Below are positions 36,233 to 47,422 of a stretch of DNA of 64,000 nucleotides, one piece after another (within the stretch, counting starts at the first letter, position 1; each line of letters starts with the position of its first letter). Under the pieces are notes generated by a model that had not been told where the DNA came from, did no database searches, and was given only the letters and a program-made list of their open reading frames with translations. This DNA is from a virus. Position numbers and translations under genes: made by a program. The stretch lies in the IMG/VR virus record IMGVR_UViG_2585428081_000003. The stretch is one strand, 5' to 3'.

Positions 36233-36550
36233 GTGGTACAGATAAAACTTAATAAACTATTGAATAAGCTTAAAATTGATTGGACTAATTTTTTTGTTGA
36301 GGAAGATTGTAGGTGCTATGATGATGAACTTAAATTTGATATCTCTTCAAAAGATTTTTTGATATTTGCAAAAGGCGATTATTATTGCTCAACTAAGCAA
36401 GGATTAACTAATGCATTGAGTAATGCTAAAAGAGCAATAGATTGTCAAGTTGATTGGATAATTAGTTATTTAGGTTATGATTATTTGAAATTTAATGATG
36501 CAACTTATCCTAATATAGATAATATCATTAATGAATATGAATCAGTTTAA
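36233..36550 (+). pseudogene. Short, probably truncated helical (HEPN-like) protein
   Basis: LTNALSNAKRAIDCQVD motif, ends soon after. Confidence 0.35.
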
Positions 36551-36667
36551 AAAACCTGATAATTAAAACAAATATTCTTATAATAATATTATTCTTTTAC
36601 TAGAATACTTTATAAATAATGATGATATCTCATAATTTACTAATACGAAAAAGAAGGGAGAATTATA

Positions 36668-38785
36668 ATGAAGGAATCTATAGCATTTAGGCCTAGAGCA
36701 AGATTAATGTCCCAATTAGGGGAACAGCTAATAAAAGATGAAAATATTGCAGTTTTAGAACTAATTAAAAATTCTTATGATGCTGATGCCAAAAATGTTC
36801 AAATCACTATGGAAAATTTAGATAATCCATCGTCTACCATAATTATTATAGAAGATAATGGAGACGGAATGTCTTTAGATATAGTGAAAAACTGTTGGAT
36901 GGAGCCAGGTACTGATAATAAAGAAAAAAAATTAAAATATATGATAGAAAACAATGTACGAAGTAAACTAAATAGATTACCTATGGGTGAAAAAGGGATT
37001 GGAAGATTTGGTGTTCACAAATTAGGAAATAAAATCACATTAATAACTCGTTCTGAAAATAATAATGAAGTTTATTTACAAATTGATTGGACAATTTTTA
37101 ATTCCAATCAATACCTAGAAGACATTCCAATTGAAATAGTAGAGCGTAAACCTACACAACAATTTTTAAAAAATAGTTCTACAGGAACTAAAATTATTAT
37201 TGAAAAGTTAAAAACCTCTTGGACTAGAGGAAAAGTAAGGGAATTATATCGTTCAATTAATTCTCTAAACTCCCCTTTTAAATCCCTTGACTCATTTAAT
37301 GTTGTTTTTAATATCGATAAAAAAGATTGGTTAAAAGGATTAATAGAATATGATGATATTAAGGATTATGCTTTATTTAAAGCTAAAATGACATTATCAG
37401 GTGATAAGATAAAAGATTATAAATATTATTTTATGCCCTGGAAATCAATGACAAAACTCGATAAAAGACCTAATCTAGTTCCTGAAATTAATATGATAAA
37501 CGAAGTTAGAAGAAACGCAAAAAATGGTAAAAGAAGAAAGGAACTAGAACCAATAGATTTATCTAAACATAAAATAGGAGACATCGAAATAGAGTTATTA
37601 GGTTTTGACTTAGATTCTTCTATTTTAAAAATGGGAGTAAAAGATATACAAGGTTTAAAAGCTTACTTAAATACGAATGGAGGAATATTTGTATATCGTG
37701 ATAATATCAGAATATATTCATCTGGTGAAAATGACTGGTTAGGATTAGGAGCAAGCCGTGTTAATGCTCCCGGAGATAAAATAAGTAATAATCTAATACT
37801 AGGCAGCGTTAATATAAATCGTAATGGAAGCTCAGATTTAAAAGAAAAAACAAACAGAGAAGGTTTTATTGAAGATGCTGCTTATAATACATTTAAAGAA
37901 GCCGTTCTTTTTGCAGTAAAAAAATTTGAACGAGATCGTGCCCAAGATAAACAATATTTAAGGAAGTATTATGGAGCTACATCAAAATCCGAACCTGTAA
38001 TAGCAGAAGTATCATTACTCAAACAAAAAGTTGAAGAAAAAATTGTAGATAAAAATTTAAAAAAAGAAATTTTTGGGTGCTTAAATAATATTGAAAAAGA
38101 TTATAAACATATTACTGAGGTTTATCAGAAAAGTTCAAGCGCAGGATTAAGTATGAGTGTAGTTTTACATGAAATAGATAAAATTATTTCTGAACTTGAA
38201 TATGCAATCATTGCTGAACAAACATCAGATCATATAAAACTCCTAGTCAAGCGTTTAAGTACTTTAACTGATGGCTATGCATCAGTTGTTAAATCCAAAT
38301 CAATAAAAATTTTTGATCTAAAGAAAATGATAACTCAAGCATTATTTATGGTAGATTTTAGACTATCTGCTCATGAAATTACAGTTGATAAACAGTACAT
38401 AAACAATAAAACCGATTTTAAAATAAAAGGTAACGAAAGTCTTATTATAAGTAGTATCATTAATATTATAGATAATTCGATATGGTGGCTTAATTATGCT
38501 AAAATACCCAACAAAAAGATTTTTTTCGATATTACTCGTGATATTACTGGATATATAAGTATAATCATTGCTGATAATGGCAAAGGATTTACAATACCTA
38601 CTGACATAGTGACAAAACCCTTTATAACTGACAAACCAAGTGGTATGGGATTGGGCCTTCATCTAGCTAGCGAATTAATGAAACAACATGGCGGGCAACT
38701 TTTCTTTCCAGAATTTGATGATTTACAATTACCAAATGAGTATAAACAAGGAGCACTAATAGCCCTTTCTTTTAAGGAGGATTAA
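36668..38785 (+). CDS. MORC-like GHKL ATPase fused to histidine kinase
   Basis: ELIKNSYDADA, IEDNGDGM, GEKGIGRF, TGTKI; second module VVLHEI H-box, IIDNS, ADNGKG, GMGLGL. Confidence 0.9.
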   Translation: MKESIAFRPRARLMSQLGEQLIKDENIAVLELIKNSYDADAKNVQITMENLDNPSSTIIIIEDNGDGMSLDIVKNCWMEPGTDNKEKKLKYMIENNVRSKLNRLPMGEKGIGRFGVHKLGNKITLITRSENNNEVYLQIDWTIFNSNQYLEDIPIEIVERKPTQQFLKNSSTGTKIIIEKLKTSWTRGKVRELYRSINSLNSPFKSLDSFNVVFNIDKKDWLKGLIEYDDIKDYALFKAKMTLSGDKIKDYKYYFMPWKSMTKLDKRPNLVPEINMINEVRRNAKNGKRRKELEPIDLSKHKIGDIEIELLGFDLDSSILKMGVKDIQGLKAYLNTNGGIFVYRDNIRIYSSGENDWLGLGASRVNAPGDKISNNLILGSVNINRNGSSDLKEKTNREGFIEDAAYNTFKEAVLFAVKKFERDRAQDKQYLRKYYGATSKSEPVIAEVSLLKQKVEEKIVDKNLKKEIFGCLNNIEKDYKHITEVYQKSSSAGLSMSVVLHEIDKIISELEYAIIAEQTSDHIKLLVKRLSTLTDGYASVVKSKSIKIFDLKKMITQALFMVDFRLSAHEITVDKQYINNKTDFKIKGNESLIISSIINIIDNSIWWLNYAKIPNKKIFFDITRDITGYISIIIADNGKGFTIPTDIVTKPFITDKPSGMGLGLHLASELMKQHGGQLFFPEFDDLQLPNEYKQGALIALSFKED

Positions 38786-38786
38786 A

Positions 38787-40310
38787 ATGCAGGAAAATAT
38801 CATTGATAAAGTATTCATAATAGATGATAAATATGAAGAAGTTTTACCCGTTATTCAAGCACTAGCTAAAAAAGGTATACCTACAATTTATTGGAATGGA
38901 AATGTAGATACTAAACCAGAGTATCCTTTAAGTGGGATAAGATTAGTAATCTTAGATATGCGCTTTTCATTTGTCACTGACTCACACACTATAAATACTA
39001 ATCTTTTTAATTTATTAAAAAATGCTATTAGTTATGAAAATGGACCATATATATTATTTATATGGAGTAAACACGACAATGAATATTTAGAAGATTTTAG
39101 GGCTGATCTTCGAAAAGAATCTGAAATTCCACAACCATATTTAATTGTCAATATGGAAAAAAATAAATTTATGAAAACTATATCTGAAAAAAATGAAATA
39201 TATGAAGAAATAGCTAGTACGCTGAATACTGCAAATAATATAGAAATAAAAAAAGAGATTCTTGATATATTGGAAAATGTAGGCTTGAGTGATAGCATAG
39301 AACGCATTAAGACTAAAGAAAATGCTGTTGAAGAATTAATGGATACTTTAGATGAGAAGTTAAAAGAAGCTAATGCATTATATATTCTTCTCATATGGGA
39401 AAGTCTAGTAAGAACATCTGCTAGTAAGTTAGTTAATGATATTGCCAGTTTTTCTGAATTTGATGAAACTTGGGACAATAATATTAAAACATTAATTCAA
39501 CATTTAGCTTTAGCTAATGCTGGAAAAGCTTTAGGTGAAACAGCTAAAGAATATATTATTAATGCTATGTCTTCTCTAAATCATATGCTTCCTGATGAAT
39601 TATGGAATCAAATAATGGGACAACATATAGATGAAAATAATTTTAGTTTTATTAATGAACCTTCAATAATAAAAGAAATAGATAATAATATATACTCAAT
39701 TTCAAAAACAAATACAAAGTTTATTATTAAAGAAAATAATTCTGATTATACTTCATTTAGAAGTTTATCCCAAATAAATGAAGGTGCAGATAAACAGTTA
39801 TGTGAAGAATTATACAACCTCTATTTAGTCTTTTTAGCCAATAGCAACTCTAAATTATTATGTGAAAAAGTAAATTCTAATTGTATTAAAAAACCTGGAG
39901 GTCTGTATAAAATTGATAACCCTGAATTTTCAGGTGAATTAATTAATTCTATATTTAAAAATAATGCAAATATTAATACAGATAATATTTCTTTAATAAA
40001 ATTAGATATATCCTCTTCTTGTGATTATGCTCAAGACAAGCTTAAAAGGATACGTATATTATGGGGACTCATGATTGATCAGAGTTGTTTCTCTTATATT
40101 AATAATACCGAAGACATATATTGTACACCAATAATAAAAACTAATGATAAAATTGTTAAGCTGGTGTTTAATTTTCACTATATTTCAAATGAATCTAAAG
40201 ATATTTTAGAACAATCAGAAAAACTTTTTTCGTTTAGAGAATTACTCTTGACAGAAATAAAACATAAACTTTCTACTTATATATCAAGAGTGGGGATAAT
40301 AAATTTATAA
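38787..40310 (+). CDS. Receiver-domain protein with long C-terminal effector region
   Basis: FIIDD, LVILDM, FIWS receiver motifs; C-terminal SCDYAQ motif; 1-bp gap after kinase. Confidence 0.75.
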   Translation: MQENIIDKVFIIDDKYEEVLPVIQALAKKGIPTIYWNGNVDTKPEYPLSGIRLVILDMRFSFVTDSHTINTNLFNLLKNAISYENGPYILFIWSKHDNEYLEDFRADLRKESEIPQPYLIVNMEKNKFMKTISEKNEIYEEIASTLNTANNIEIKKEILDILENVGLSDSIERIKTKENAVEELMDTLDEKLKEANALYILLIWESLVRTSASKLVNDIASFSEFDETWDNNIKTLIQHLALANAGKALGETAKEYIINAMSSLNHMLPDELWNQIMGQHIDENNFSFINEPSIIKEIDNNIYSISKTNTKFIIKENNSDYTSFRSLSQINEGADKQLCEELYNLYLVFLANSNSKLLCEKVNSNCIKKPGGLYKIDNPEFSGELINSIFKNNANINTDNISLIKLDISSSCDYAQDKLKRIRILWGLMIDQSCFSYINNTEDIYCTPIIKTNDKIVKLVFNFHYISNESKDILEQSEKLFSFRELLLTEIKHKLSTYISRVGIINL

Positions 40311-40382
40311 TAATATTTCTTATTTATTGTAATAATGGTAATCCATGATAAGGTATAGATCATTAAATCTAGAATCTATACC

Positions 40383-41615
40383 TTATCTAAATATGATTGT
40401 CAAAGCTTCCTTTATTTTTTCTGCTATCTTCTCGGCCATTAATGGTGGAACTGCATTACCTATCTGCCTAAAAGCTGCCGTCCTACCTCCTTCAAAATAA
40501 TAACTATCTGGAAAAGATTGAATTCTTGCTGCTTCTCTTATAGATAAAGATCTATTTTGTAATATATCCGGGTGTATATAATAATGCCCATCTTTTGATA
40601 TATGAGCAACTATCGTATGAGATATATCATTATATGGAACAACTTTAAACCTATCAAGAAAACTTTTAGTATTTTTATGTTTGATTAAATATTCTGGTAA
40701 TTCATTGTATTTCAATTTTCTTTTCTCTTCATTCCATATATCTACACATGTTTTATATATTTCCAAATCAATATCCCTATGTGGTCTCGCTTCATGCTGA
40801 ATTAATATATCATCTTTATTCCTTATTTTCAACTCTGTCAAACATTCATTAATTCCAGACGTATATTTATAATCTTCAATTTTTTCACCTGCATTTATAA
40901 AGGGTAGATCATCAAATAAATCTTTTATTGTCCATTTCTGTTCTTCAGCTGTAAATATAGGATAAGAAAATTCAATATCACTTTTCCATCCAATTAGAAT
41001 TACTCTCTCTCTAGATTGAATAACTCCAAAATCTTTAGCATTAAGTATCTTATATTCTATATTGTATCCGCACATTAACATTTCTTTTTTTATTTGCTTG
41101 AAAATTTGACCATTTTTTGCTGATAAAATACCTCTTACATTTTCAAACACAAACACTTTAGGTTTATATATTTCAAGAATTTTTATATAATATTTGTATA
41201 AATAAGTTCTTGGATCATCCTCAACTTTCAATTTATTTCTAGCTCTACCAGCCACTGAAAAGCTTTGACAAGGTGGTCCTCCTATAACAACATGTATTGG
41301 CTTATTGTTCCTTAATTTATCTATTTGTTCAATAATATTTTGTAATGTTTCTTCAGAAATTTCCTGGCATATTACTCTGTCTAAAATTTCATTAGGAATA
41401 TACTTTATTAAATCTTCTCTTGAAATATTATTCATCAAATATTCTTTATATATATCTAGCTTGTCCTTTTCTAGTAAATAATAAAATATCTCTCTAGTTT
41501 GTAATGTTGTAGCAGCCCATTTATCCATTTCCACATGGGCAACGATATTAAATTCTTCTCTTCTAAAACCTTCCGATAACCCTCCCGCGCCAGCAAAGAG
41601 ATCTATAACATTCAT
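40383..41615 (-). CDS. dcm: DNA cytosine-5 methyltransferase
   Basis: DLFAGAGG, GGPPCQ, FENV, QSRER, QIGNAV. Confidence 0.95.
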   Translation of the reverse strand: MNVIDLFAGAGGLSEGFRREEFNIVAHVEMDKWAATTLQTREIFYYLLEKDKLDIYKEYLMNNISREDLIKYIPNEILDRVICQEISEETLQNIIEQIDKLRNNKPIHVVIGGPPCQSFSVAGRARNKLKVEDDPRTYLYKYYIKILEIYKPKVFVFENVRGILSAKNGQIFKQIKKEMLMCGYNIEYKILNAKDFGVIQSRERVILIGWKSDIEFSYPIFTAEEQKWTIKDLFDDLPFINAGEKIEDYKYTSGINECLTELKIRNKDDILIQHEARPHRDIDLEIYKTCVDIWNEEKRKLKYNELPEYLIKHKNTKSFLDRFKVVPYNDISHTIVAHISKDGHYYIHPDILQNRSLSIREAARIQSFPDSYYFEGGRTAAFRQIGNAVPPLMAEKIAEKIKEALTIIFR

Positions 41616-41728
41616 TTATAAATCACCTCTTCTTTTTCCAGGATAACAGTTTTTGATAATAAAGTCAATAAGAACTCGTTATTTCCATATCATGTAAGCA
41701 ACCAACGTTGCTAATATTTTTTGATAGT

Positions 41729-42700
41729 CTATATCAACCCCTGATACCTCAATTCACTATCTATATCCACATCCATTTCATGAATAGAGTTATAAATACA
41801 AGCTTTTAAATATCCAATCTTATTTCTAATCTCTTTCTCTCTACTAGCTTCCTTGAATTTATTTACAGCATGTTCTATTATAAAGAAGTTAAGCTTATCC
41901 ATATCTTTTTTCAGCATCTCCACAGGGATAATACTATCACCAATATTTATCCTTTTTTTATTTTCAATATCTAAATATAATAAACGTATTGCATGAGCAA
42001 CAGCAACTTGATATTTTTCATCTATGCCTTGAAGTTCACAATTTATAATTGTTCTTTTGTAATCTTCTATTAGATGCGTAGATATGTTATCTATCTGTCC
42101 ATCTGTTTTTATTTCATCACTATTTATAGACTGACTGATAGACTTATACTCAGTGTCATTAATATTAGTATTATTTATATCAGTATCATTCGGTGAAAAA
42201 TCTTTACAGTCCTGACTGAAAGATTCTTTCATTCCTGACTGTAAATTATTTTCACTCCCGACTGAAATTTTTTTACACTCCATTTTAGTATTGTTATCAT
42301 CTACTTCAGGACTTCCTTCTTCCTCTTTTTTATGGTTCTTGAGTTTTTCATTTTTTATATTTATTACCGTCAAATATATACGATTAGGTCTATTTGCTCC
42401 TTGCCTTTCTTCTTCCATCAAACCAGCCCCTATAAGTTGCTTAATTGCTTTTCGTAATGTAGGTTGACTACAACCTAACAATTCAGACATATCTTCTCTT
42501 GTAAATATCAAATATACCTCACCTTTTTCATTTATCCATCCATTAGACATACTGAGCTCGTGTCTATCACGTAATAATGAATATAAAATCCTAGCATCAT
42601 TTGAAAGATTTTTAAACTCTCCTTCAAACAAAAATTTAGGCATTTGATAAAATCTATTATTATTAACATCATTAACCGTATATCTAACTCTATTCATCAT
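41729..42700 (-). CDS. repA: RepA_N-family replication initiator
   Basis: FYQMPKFL, LSNDARILYSLLRDR, WINEKGEVYLIF, NRPNRIYL. Confidence 0.9.
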   Translation of the reverse strand: MMNRVRYTVNDVNNNRFYQMPKFLFEGEFKNLSNDARILYSLLRDRHELSMSNGWINEKGEVYLIFTREDMSELLGCSQPTLRKAIKQLIGAGLMEEERQGANRPNRIYLTVINIKNEKLKNHKKEEEGSPEVDDNNTKMECKKISVGSENNLQSGMKESFSQDCKDFSPNDTDINNTNINDTEYKSISQSINSDEIKTDGQIDNISTHLIEDYKRTIINCELQGIDEKYQVAVAHAIRLLYLDIENKKRINIGDSIIPVEMLKKDMDKLNFFIIEHAVNKFKEASREKEIRNKIGYLKACIYNSIHEMDVDIDSELRYQGLI

Positions 42701-42783
42701 CTTAATTCCCCCTCAATATTTTTGGATACAAAAAGAGACACTCGAAGGGGTGTCTCTAACTTTACATTAATATTTAAATAAGA

Positions 42784-43860
42784 TCATAAGGTCTCATGTT
42801 CAACAATATATTCACTTAAAATTGATTCCCATGTTTTTTCATTAATATTGCTATCAAATAAATTTAATGAAGATTTGTTAAAATATAGGCCTCTGTTTCC
42901 TGATAAAATTCTTCTTACATTTTGCATTTCTCCTTTTTCTATCAACTGCACTATTACATCAATTTTTATGTCATCTACAAGCTTTAAAGAATTAACTAAT
43001 TCAGTAATTTCATAAGGTTTTGTTCCTCCACACAATACTTTAACATCCCCAATCCCAAAAACTTTAAGATTTTTTTCTTTCAATATCCCTATATCTACAA
43101 TAGCAAAATTATAGCCCATATCAATTGGAACACTACTATCTAAAAAATAATCTACTCCTTTATAAGAAAAGTAATTGTCAACAATAGGGATATTGGGAAA
43201 AAAGTATGAATGTATCTGCAAAAGATGATTCCTATCATTAGCTTCTGTATAAGAAACTTTAGCTCCTATTTTTGCTAAAAAATTAGCCATATTTATAGCA
43301 GTAGTTGTTGTACCAACCCTATTCATAGCCCCAGCAACCATAATTTTTACATTTTCTTGTGAAAAAGAATACTTTGAAAAATTTTCTACCTGCACATCTT
43401 TATTTATGGTTTTTAAAATATAATCTCTACTCATTCCTTGAGGGCTCATACAAATCCTTATCTCTTCTTGAATTCCATCTATTGTATCAGAAGTAACTAT
43501 ATTATAACACTCCGTTTCAGTTATAAGCCTATTTAGCAAACCATTATCTCCATTTTCTGCAAACAAAATAAGTCTAGTATTATACATAGTTTTAAATGCT
43601 ATTATTGCTTCAATGATATCTTCTGGAGCATCATTCAAAGCAGCTAAATCTATAGCTACATAAGAATATAAATCTAAATTTTTCATATCATATATGATAA
43701 AATTTTTTAAGATAAATTCTCCTGAAAGTTTTTTTACTAGCATACCTGTTTCTTCTGTAAGAAAATCAAACAATCCTATATTCTCATTACTAGTTAAATA
43801 TAAAAGCAAACTTTTCCCTCCTTCATTATCTCCCAATAATCCAAAATGGACCTCCTGCAT
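42784..43860 (-). CDS. P-loop (ParA/MinD-like) protein with N-terminal receiver-like region
   Basis: VAGAMNRVGTTTTAINMA. Confidence 0.6.
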   Translation of the reverse strand: MQEVHFGLLGDNEGGKSLLLYLTSNENIGLFDFLTEETGMLVKKLSGEFILKNFIIYDMKNLDLYSYVAIDLAALNDAPEDIIEAIIAFKTMYNTRLILFAENGDNGLLNRLITETECYNIVTSDTIDGIQEEIRICMSPQGMSRDYILKTINKDVQVENFSKYSFSQENVKIMVAGAMNRVGTTTTAINMANFLAKIGAKVSYTEANDRNHLLQIHSYFFPNIPIVDNYFSYKGVDYFLDSSVPIDMGYNFAIVDIGILKEKNLKVFGIGDVKVLCGGTKPYEITELVNSLKLVDDIKIDVIVQLIEKGEMQNVRRILSGNRGLYFNKSSLNLFDSNINEKTWESILSEYIVEHETL

Positions 43861-44620
43861 CTACTCCTTTCCTTGCTTCATTCAAAATAATTGATAAGTC
43901 CCATTCTTGTTCACTTCTTTTTATGCTTATGGGATCTGCTACTAGAATTTTACCTTCTTGAGTTATTCCTCTAAGTACAATAAAATGTCCCGTACTTGTG
44001 AAATGTCCTTCTCCCATAATAGCAATAATCAATTTCTCATTTGAAAGTGCATCTATAATTTTTTCAGTTTCAGATGCTTTAGCACCTTCCACTTTTAATC
44101 CAAAATGTTTTGCTCCATTAGGAATTAAGCTATGATAGGAACCTGCTCCTTCACAATAATATCCATTCTTATAAGACCAATTGCACACTTCAACAGGATT
44201 AACAGTTTTATCACTTAAAGTAGAAACAACCATAGCAAGTGAAGTTGGACCACAACCAGATCTACCAATGGTACCAGTTTTCCCATAAGGTATATCTTTC
44301 CACCTACTGTCAGCTTGATTATAATAAACTATATCTATAGAGCTATCTTGAAATTCATAAGAACTAAAATCAAATTCAGAACTATAAATATAATCTTCAT
44401 CTTCAATATCTATTGATTGCTCATATCCATATTCATTTCGAACATCTTTTACATATTCTAATTCTTCTTCAGAAAAGTATTGTTCAATAACTTCAAAAGG
44501 ACTAGACAAAATATAAAAAATTGTAACGAAAATCAAAAATTTAACAACGAAAATCGATGTCATAGTAATAATTTTTCTCTCTCTTGCTTCTTCCTCTATT
44601 AATGAATTTATTTTAAACAC
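43826..44620 (-). CDS. C39-like peptidase, membrane anchored (conjugative wall hydrolase candidate)
   Basis: YYNQ, GCGPTS, HFIVL, ADP catalytic motifs. Confidence 0.8.
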   Translation of the reverse strand: MFKINSLIEEEARERKIITMTSIFVVKFLIFVTIFYILSSPFEVIEQYFSEEELEYVKDVRNEYGYEQSIDIEDEDYIYSSEFDFSSYEFQDSSIDIVYYNQADSRWKDIPYGKTGTIGRSGCGPTSLAMVVSTLSDKTVNPVEVCNWSYKNGYYCEGAGSYHSLIPNGAKHFGLKVEGAKASETEKIIDALSNEKLIIAIMGEGHFTSTGHFIVLRGITQEGKILVADPISIKRSEQEWDLSIILNEARKGVDAGGPFWIIGR

Positions 44621-44806
44621 CTCCCCAGAAAAGGCCTTCTAAAATCGTTTATAATGTCATTTACATATGGCGATATACCAATAGCATTGGCACAGAACAA
44701 AATGGCTTATAAAGAGCAAATATTAAGCAAAACTATACATTCTCTTTATAAGCCTATAAAAATATTAACTAATTAATTGATTTTACTCCTTTTCACAAAA
44801 TTTTTC

Positions 44807-46630
44807 TTATCTTCCTCCTGCTGTTCCCATATATTCAAATTTATATTCAGGAATTTCAAAATCAACAGATAATCTTTTTGAGCCAATAAACATTAAAGCA
44901 GTTCCTCTTTTTTTAGCTGCAATAAGTTCCTCTTCTGCTTCCGTTAAATTATATAAATCTTTTGTTTCTTGTAAATTTTTCCCGTCTGTACCCATTATAA
45001 TTTTATATGTTGCTAAATCTAGTAATGCTTGTCCGTACATTTTAACCTTTGGATCCAAAAAGTCTACTACACTATGACTAGCTACGACAATACTTCCCTC
45101 ACTTTTTCTAACTCCTTTTGCTGCATTTCTTAAAAATGCAATAGATTGAGGATTCTCAGGATCAATCATTAGATAGGCTTCATCACAAAAAAGCATTACT
45201 TTTTCAACAGGATCTTTTGTGATTTCTTCCCAAGCCCATTGTAATATACTAAAATATTGTGTAGTAATAATATTTTTGGGAGAATTCTGTAAATCTTTTG
45301 TATCTAAACAAATGCATTTAGAATTTGCAGAAATTGTTGTATAGCCATTCCATAAAAAAGAATCACTACCAAAAGCTATATCTTTTAATAAAAGAGCTAA
45401 ATCCTCATAGTCTTTCTTATAAGGATTTTCCTGCTTTGACTTTTCATATATTTGGTTATGAAGATCTTTCATAATAGGAAAATCTTCATTATTAAGCAAT
45501 GATATATCCGTATCCCAAAATATATTGAATTCATTGTACAGCTCTATTATTTCTCTTTTCAAAATAGCCATTTGCCTATCTGTCAATGATGGAATATAAA
45601 GCTTAAAGAACACTTCTAAATTTTTAATATAAAGTGCCATATCTCCCATGCCTTGACCTTCATCTTCATATAACTTCTCTGTTTCATTTTCATCATCTCT
45701 TGGAGAAGTTCTAATTTGAAGAGGATTTAACATTCCTTTGCTTCCACCTCCACAATTGATCCAGTCTCCTTCTAACTTGTGTGTTAATTCTTTAAATTCT
45801 CTATGTGGATCAATAAAAATAACTTTAGTCCCCTTCATATATTCCGATAATGCTATATGCTTTAAGGCTGTAGATTTTCCTACTCCAGGAACGCCCATAA
45901 ATGTAATATTGGAATTTGTCCTATCTCCTTCTCTCTTCCAAAGATCTAATATAATTAGTCCTCCTAAACTGTCTTTTGCAAAATAATATCCTGTTTTATC
46001 GGTATATCCTACTCTAGCAAAAGGAAAACCGCCGATAAAAGTTGACAAAGGAACTACCTTATTAATTATTGTTTCAACTCTTTCCTCAGTTGTATAAAAT
46101 GGTGACAATTGTTTAAATCCTTCTTTTTGCAAATTAGCAAGATTTCTAATTCTACATTTTGCTACAGAAGCAGTACCTTTAACTTTCTTGTCTGTCTTTT
46201 CAAACACTTCATCATCAGTAGCAATTGGCATTATTGTCACTCCCATAAGTCCAACACTTTCATCTTCTTGATCAATTCTAATCAATGTTTTTTCTGCATC
46301 TTCAGCTGCTTTTTCTGCTCTTGTACGTGTTAAAGAATCTTTTGTAGTATTTGCTAATCCTTTATTTCTACTTATACTCCTTGATAAATTCTCCAAAAAA
46401 ACCCCACTATCTATTGGTTTAAAACTAATAGAACATATTGTATTGGGAATATTAGTTATTCTAGATAGCCATCCATATCTTACACTTTGCGGGTACTTTA
46501 CTATCCCGTACATCTTTCCTGTATTCTCTCCTATAGTCAAAGTATTTCTCGTAAAATTCATTCCTATAGGAGATATGATGTTTAAAAGTGTATTATTAAT
46601 TGAAATAGTTTCTTTACTTTTTTTCTTCAT
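44807..46630 (-). CDS. virB4: VirB4-like conjugation ATPase
   Basis: GVPGVGKS Walker A, FIDP, LFCDEAY Walker B. Confidence 0.92.
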   Translation of the reverse strand: MKKKSKETISINNTLLNIISPIGMNFTRNTLTIGENTGKMYGIVKYPQSVRYGWLSRITNIPNTICSISFKPIDSGVFLENLSRSISRNKGLANTTKDSLTRTRAEKAAEDAEKTLIRIDQEDESVGLMGVTIMPIATDDEVFEKTDKKVKGTASVAKCRIRNLANLQKEGFKQLSPFYTTEERVETIINKVVPLSTFIGGFPFARVGYTDKTGYYFAKDSLGGLIILDLWKREGDRTNSNITFMGVPGVGKSTALKHIALSEYMKGTKVIFIDPHREFKELTHKLEGDWINCGGGSKGMLNPLQIRTSPRDDENETEKLYEDEGQGMGDMALYIKNLEVFFKLYIPSLTDRQMAILKREIIELYNEFNIFWDTDISLLNNEDFPIMKDLHNQIYEKSKQENPYKKDYEDLALLLKDIAFGSDSFLWNGYTTISANSKCICLDTKDLQNSPKNIITTQYFSILQWAWEEITKDPVEKVMLFCDEAYLMIDPENPQSIAFLRNAAKGVRKSEGSIVVASHSVVDFLDPKVKMYGQALLDLATYKIIMGTDGKNLQETKDLYNLTEAEEELIAAKKRGTALMFIGSKRLSVDFEIPEYKFEYMGTAGGR

Positions 46631-46654
46631 CTTTTTTCTCCTTTTATTTTTAAT

Positions 46655-47335
46655 TTAATAAAGGAAAGGAACCGTAGTATTAAAAGTCTCATCCTCACTA
46701 TTTATATAAGCAGGATTATTGACTAAATTACAAAGTCTATAGATTCCTTTTTCTCTTAAAATTTCAGCTGCTATTTCACATGTATTAAATGCTGAAACAA
46801 GGTCATTCCCTCGTTTTAACAATTCCTTTTCTGAATCCTCTTCATAATCTTCCCATAAAATAAAATAGAATTGTCTCTCCACAGCTTCACCATTTAATGA
46901 ATAATCACTTACTGATAAAATTTCCTTTCTCAATAACTCTTTTTGCTTTTGATTTGTTGTTGTTGCTAAAATCTCTTGATACTCACTAATAAGAGGAGAA
47001 ATATCAACAGGCCTTGACACTGCAAGGAACTTTAATTCTTTCTGTATTCCTGAAGTTTGTGATGTAAGTATCTTGGCAAGGGATTTCTGTTCTTTTTTAG
47101 AAAGCAAATTAATATCAATTGGACTAACTTTAATATATAGGATTGTCTTGTTATCTCTTGTATATAGAAATTTATCTTTTATATCCTTTACATTCACAAA
47201 GTCCTGAACTATTTCATTTTCTTGTTTATCTTTTTTTGTTTTTAAGTTAGCATTATGATTTAAAAAATAAAGAACACTTCCTCCTCCCAATAAAGTTAAT
47301 ATTAAAGTAATAATTGGCCTAATAAGCTCTTTCAT
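46655..47335 (-). CDS. Conjugation protein upstream of VirB4
   Basis: FVNVKDI, SRPVDIS, ERQFY motifs; synteny. Confidence 0.65.
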   Translation of the reverse strand: MKELIRPIITLILTLLGGGSVLYFLNHNANLKTKKDKQENEIVQDFVNVKDIKDKFLYTRDNKTILYIKVSPIDINLLSKKEQKSLAKILTSQTSGIQKELKFLAVSRPVDISPLISEYQEILATTTNQKQKELLRKEILSVSDYSLNGEAVERQFYFILWEDYEEDSEKELLKRGNDLVSAFNTCEIAAEILREKGIYRLCNLVNNPAYINSEDETFNTTVPFLY

Positions 47336-47422
47336 ATCATTATTTTCCTCCCTCTTTTACCGAATATGGAAAATAAAAAGAGAAACTATTTGTATAGTTT
47401 CTCTTTTTATTGATATTGTTTT

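Noticed and set aside
39032-39478. 148-aa antisense ORF (also 48174-48698, 53596-54018, 16155-16460, 54513-54824 and similar)
   Set aside because: All lie antisense within well-supported genes and have no recognisable motifs.
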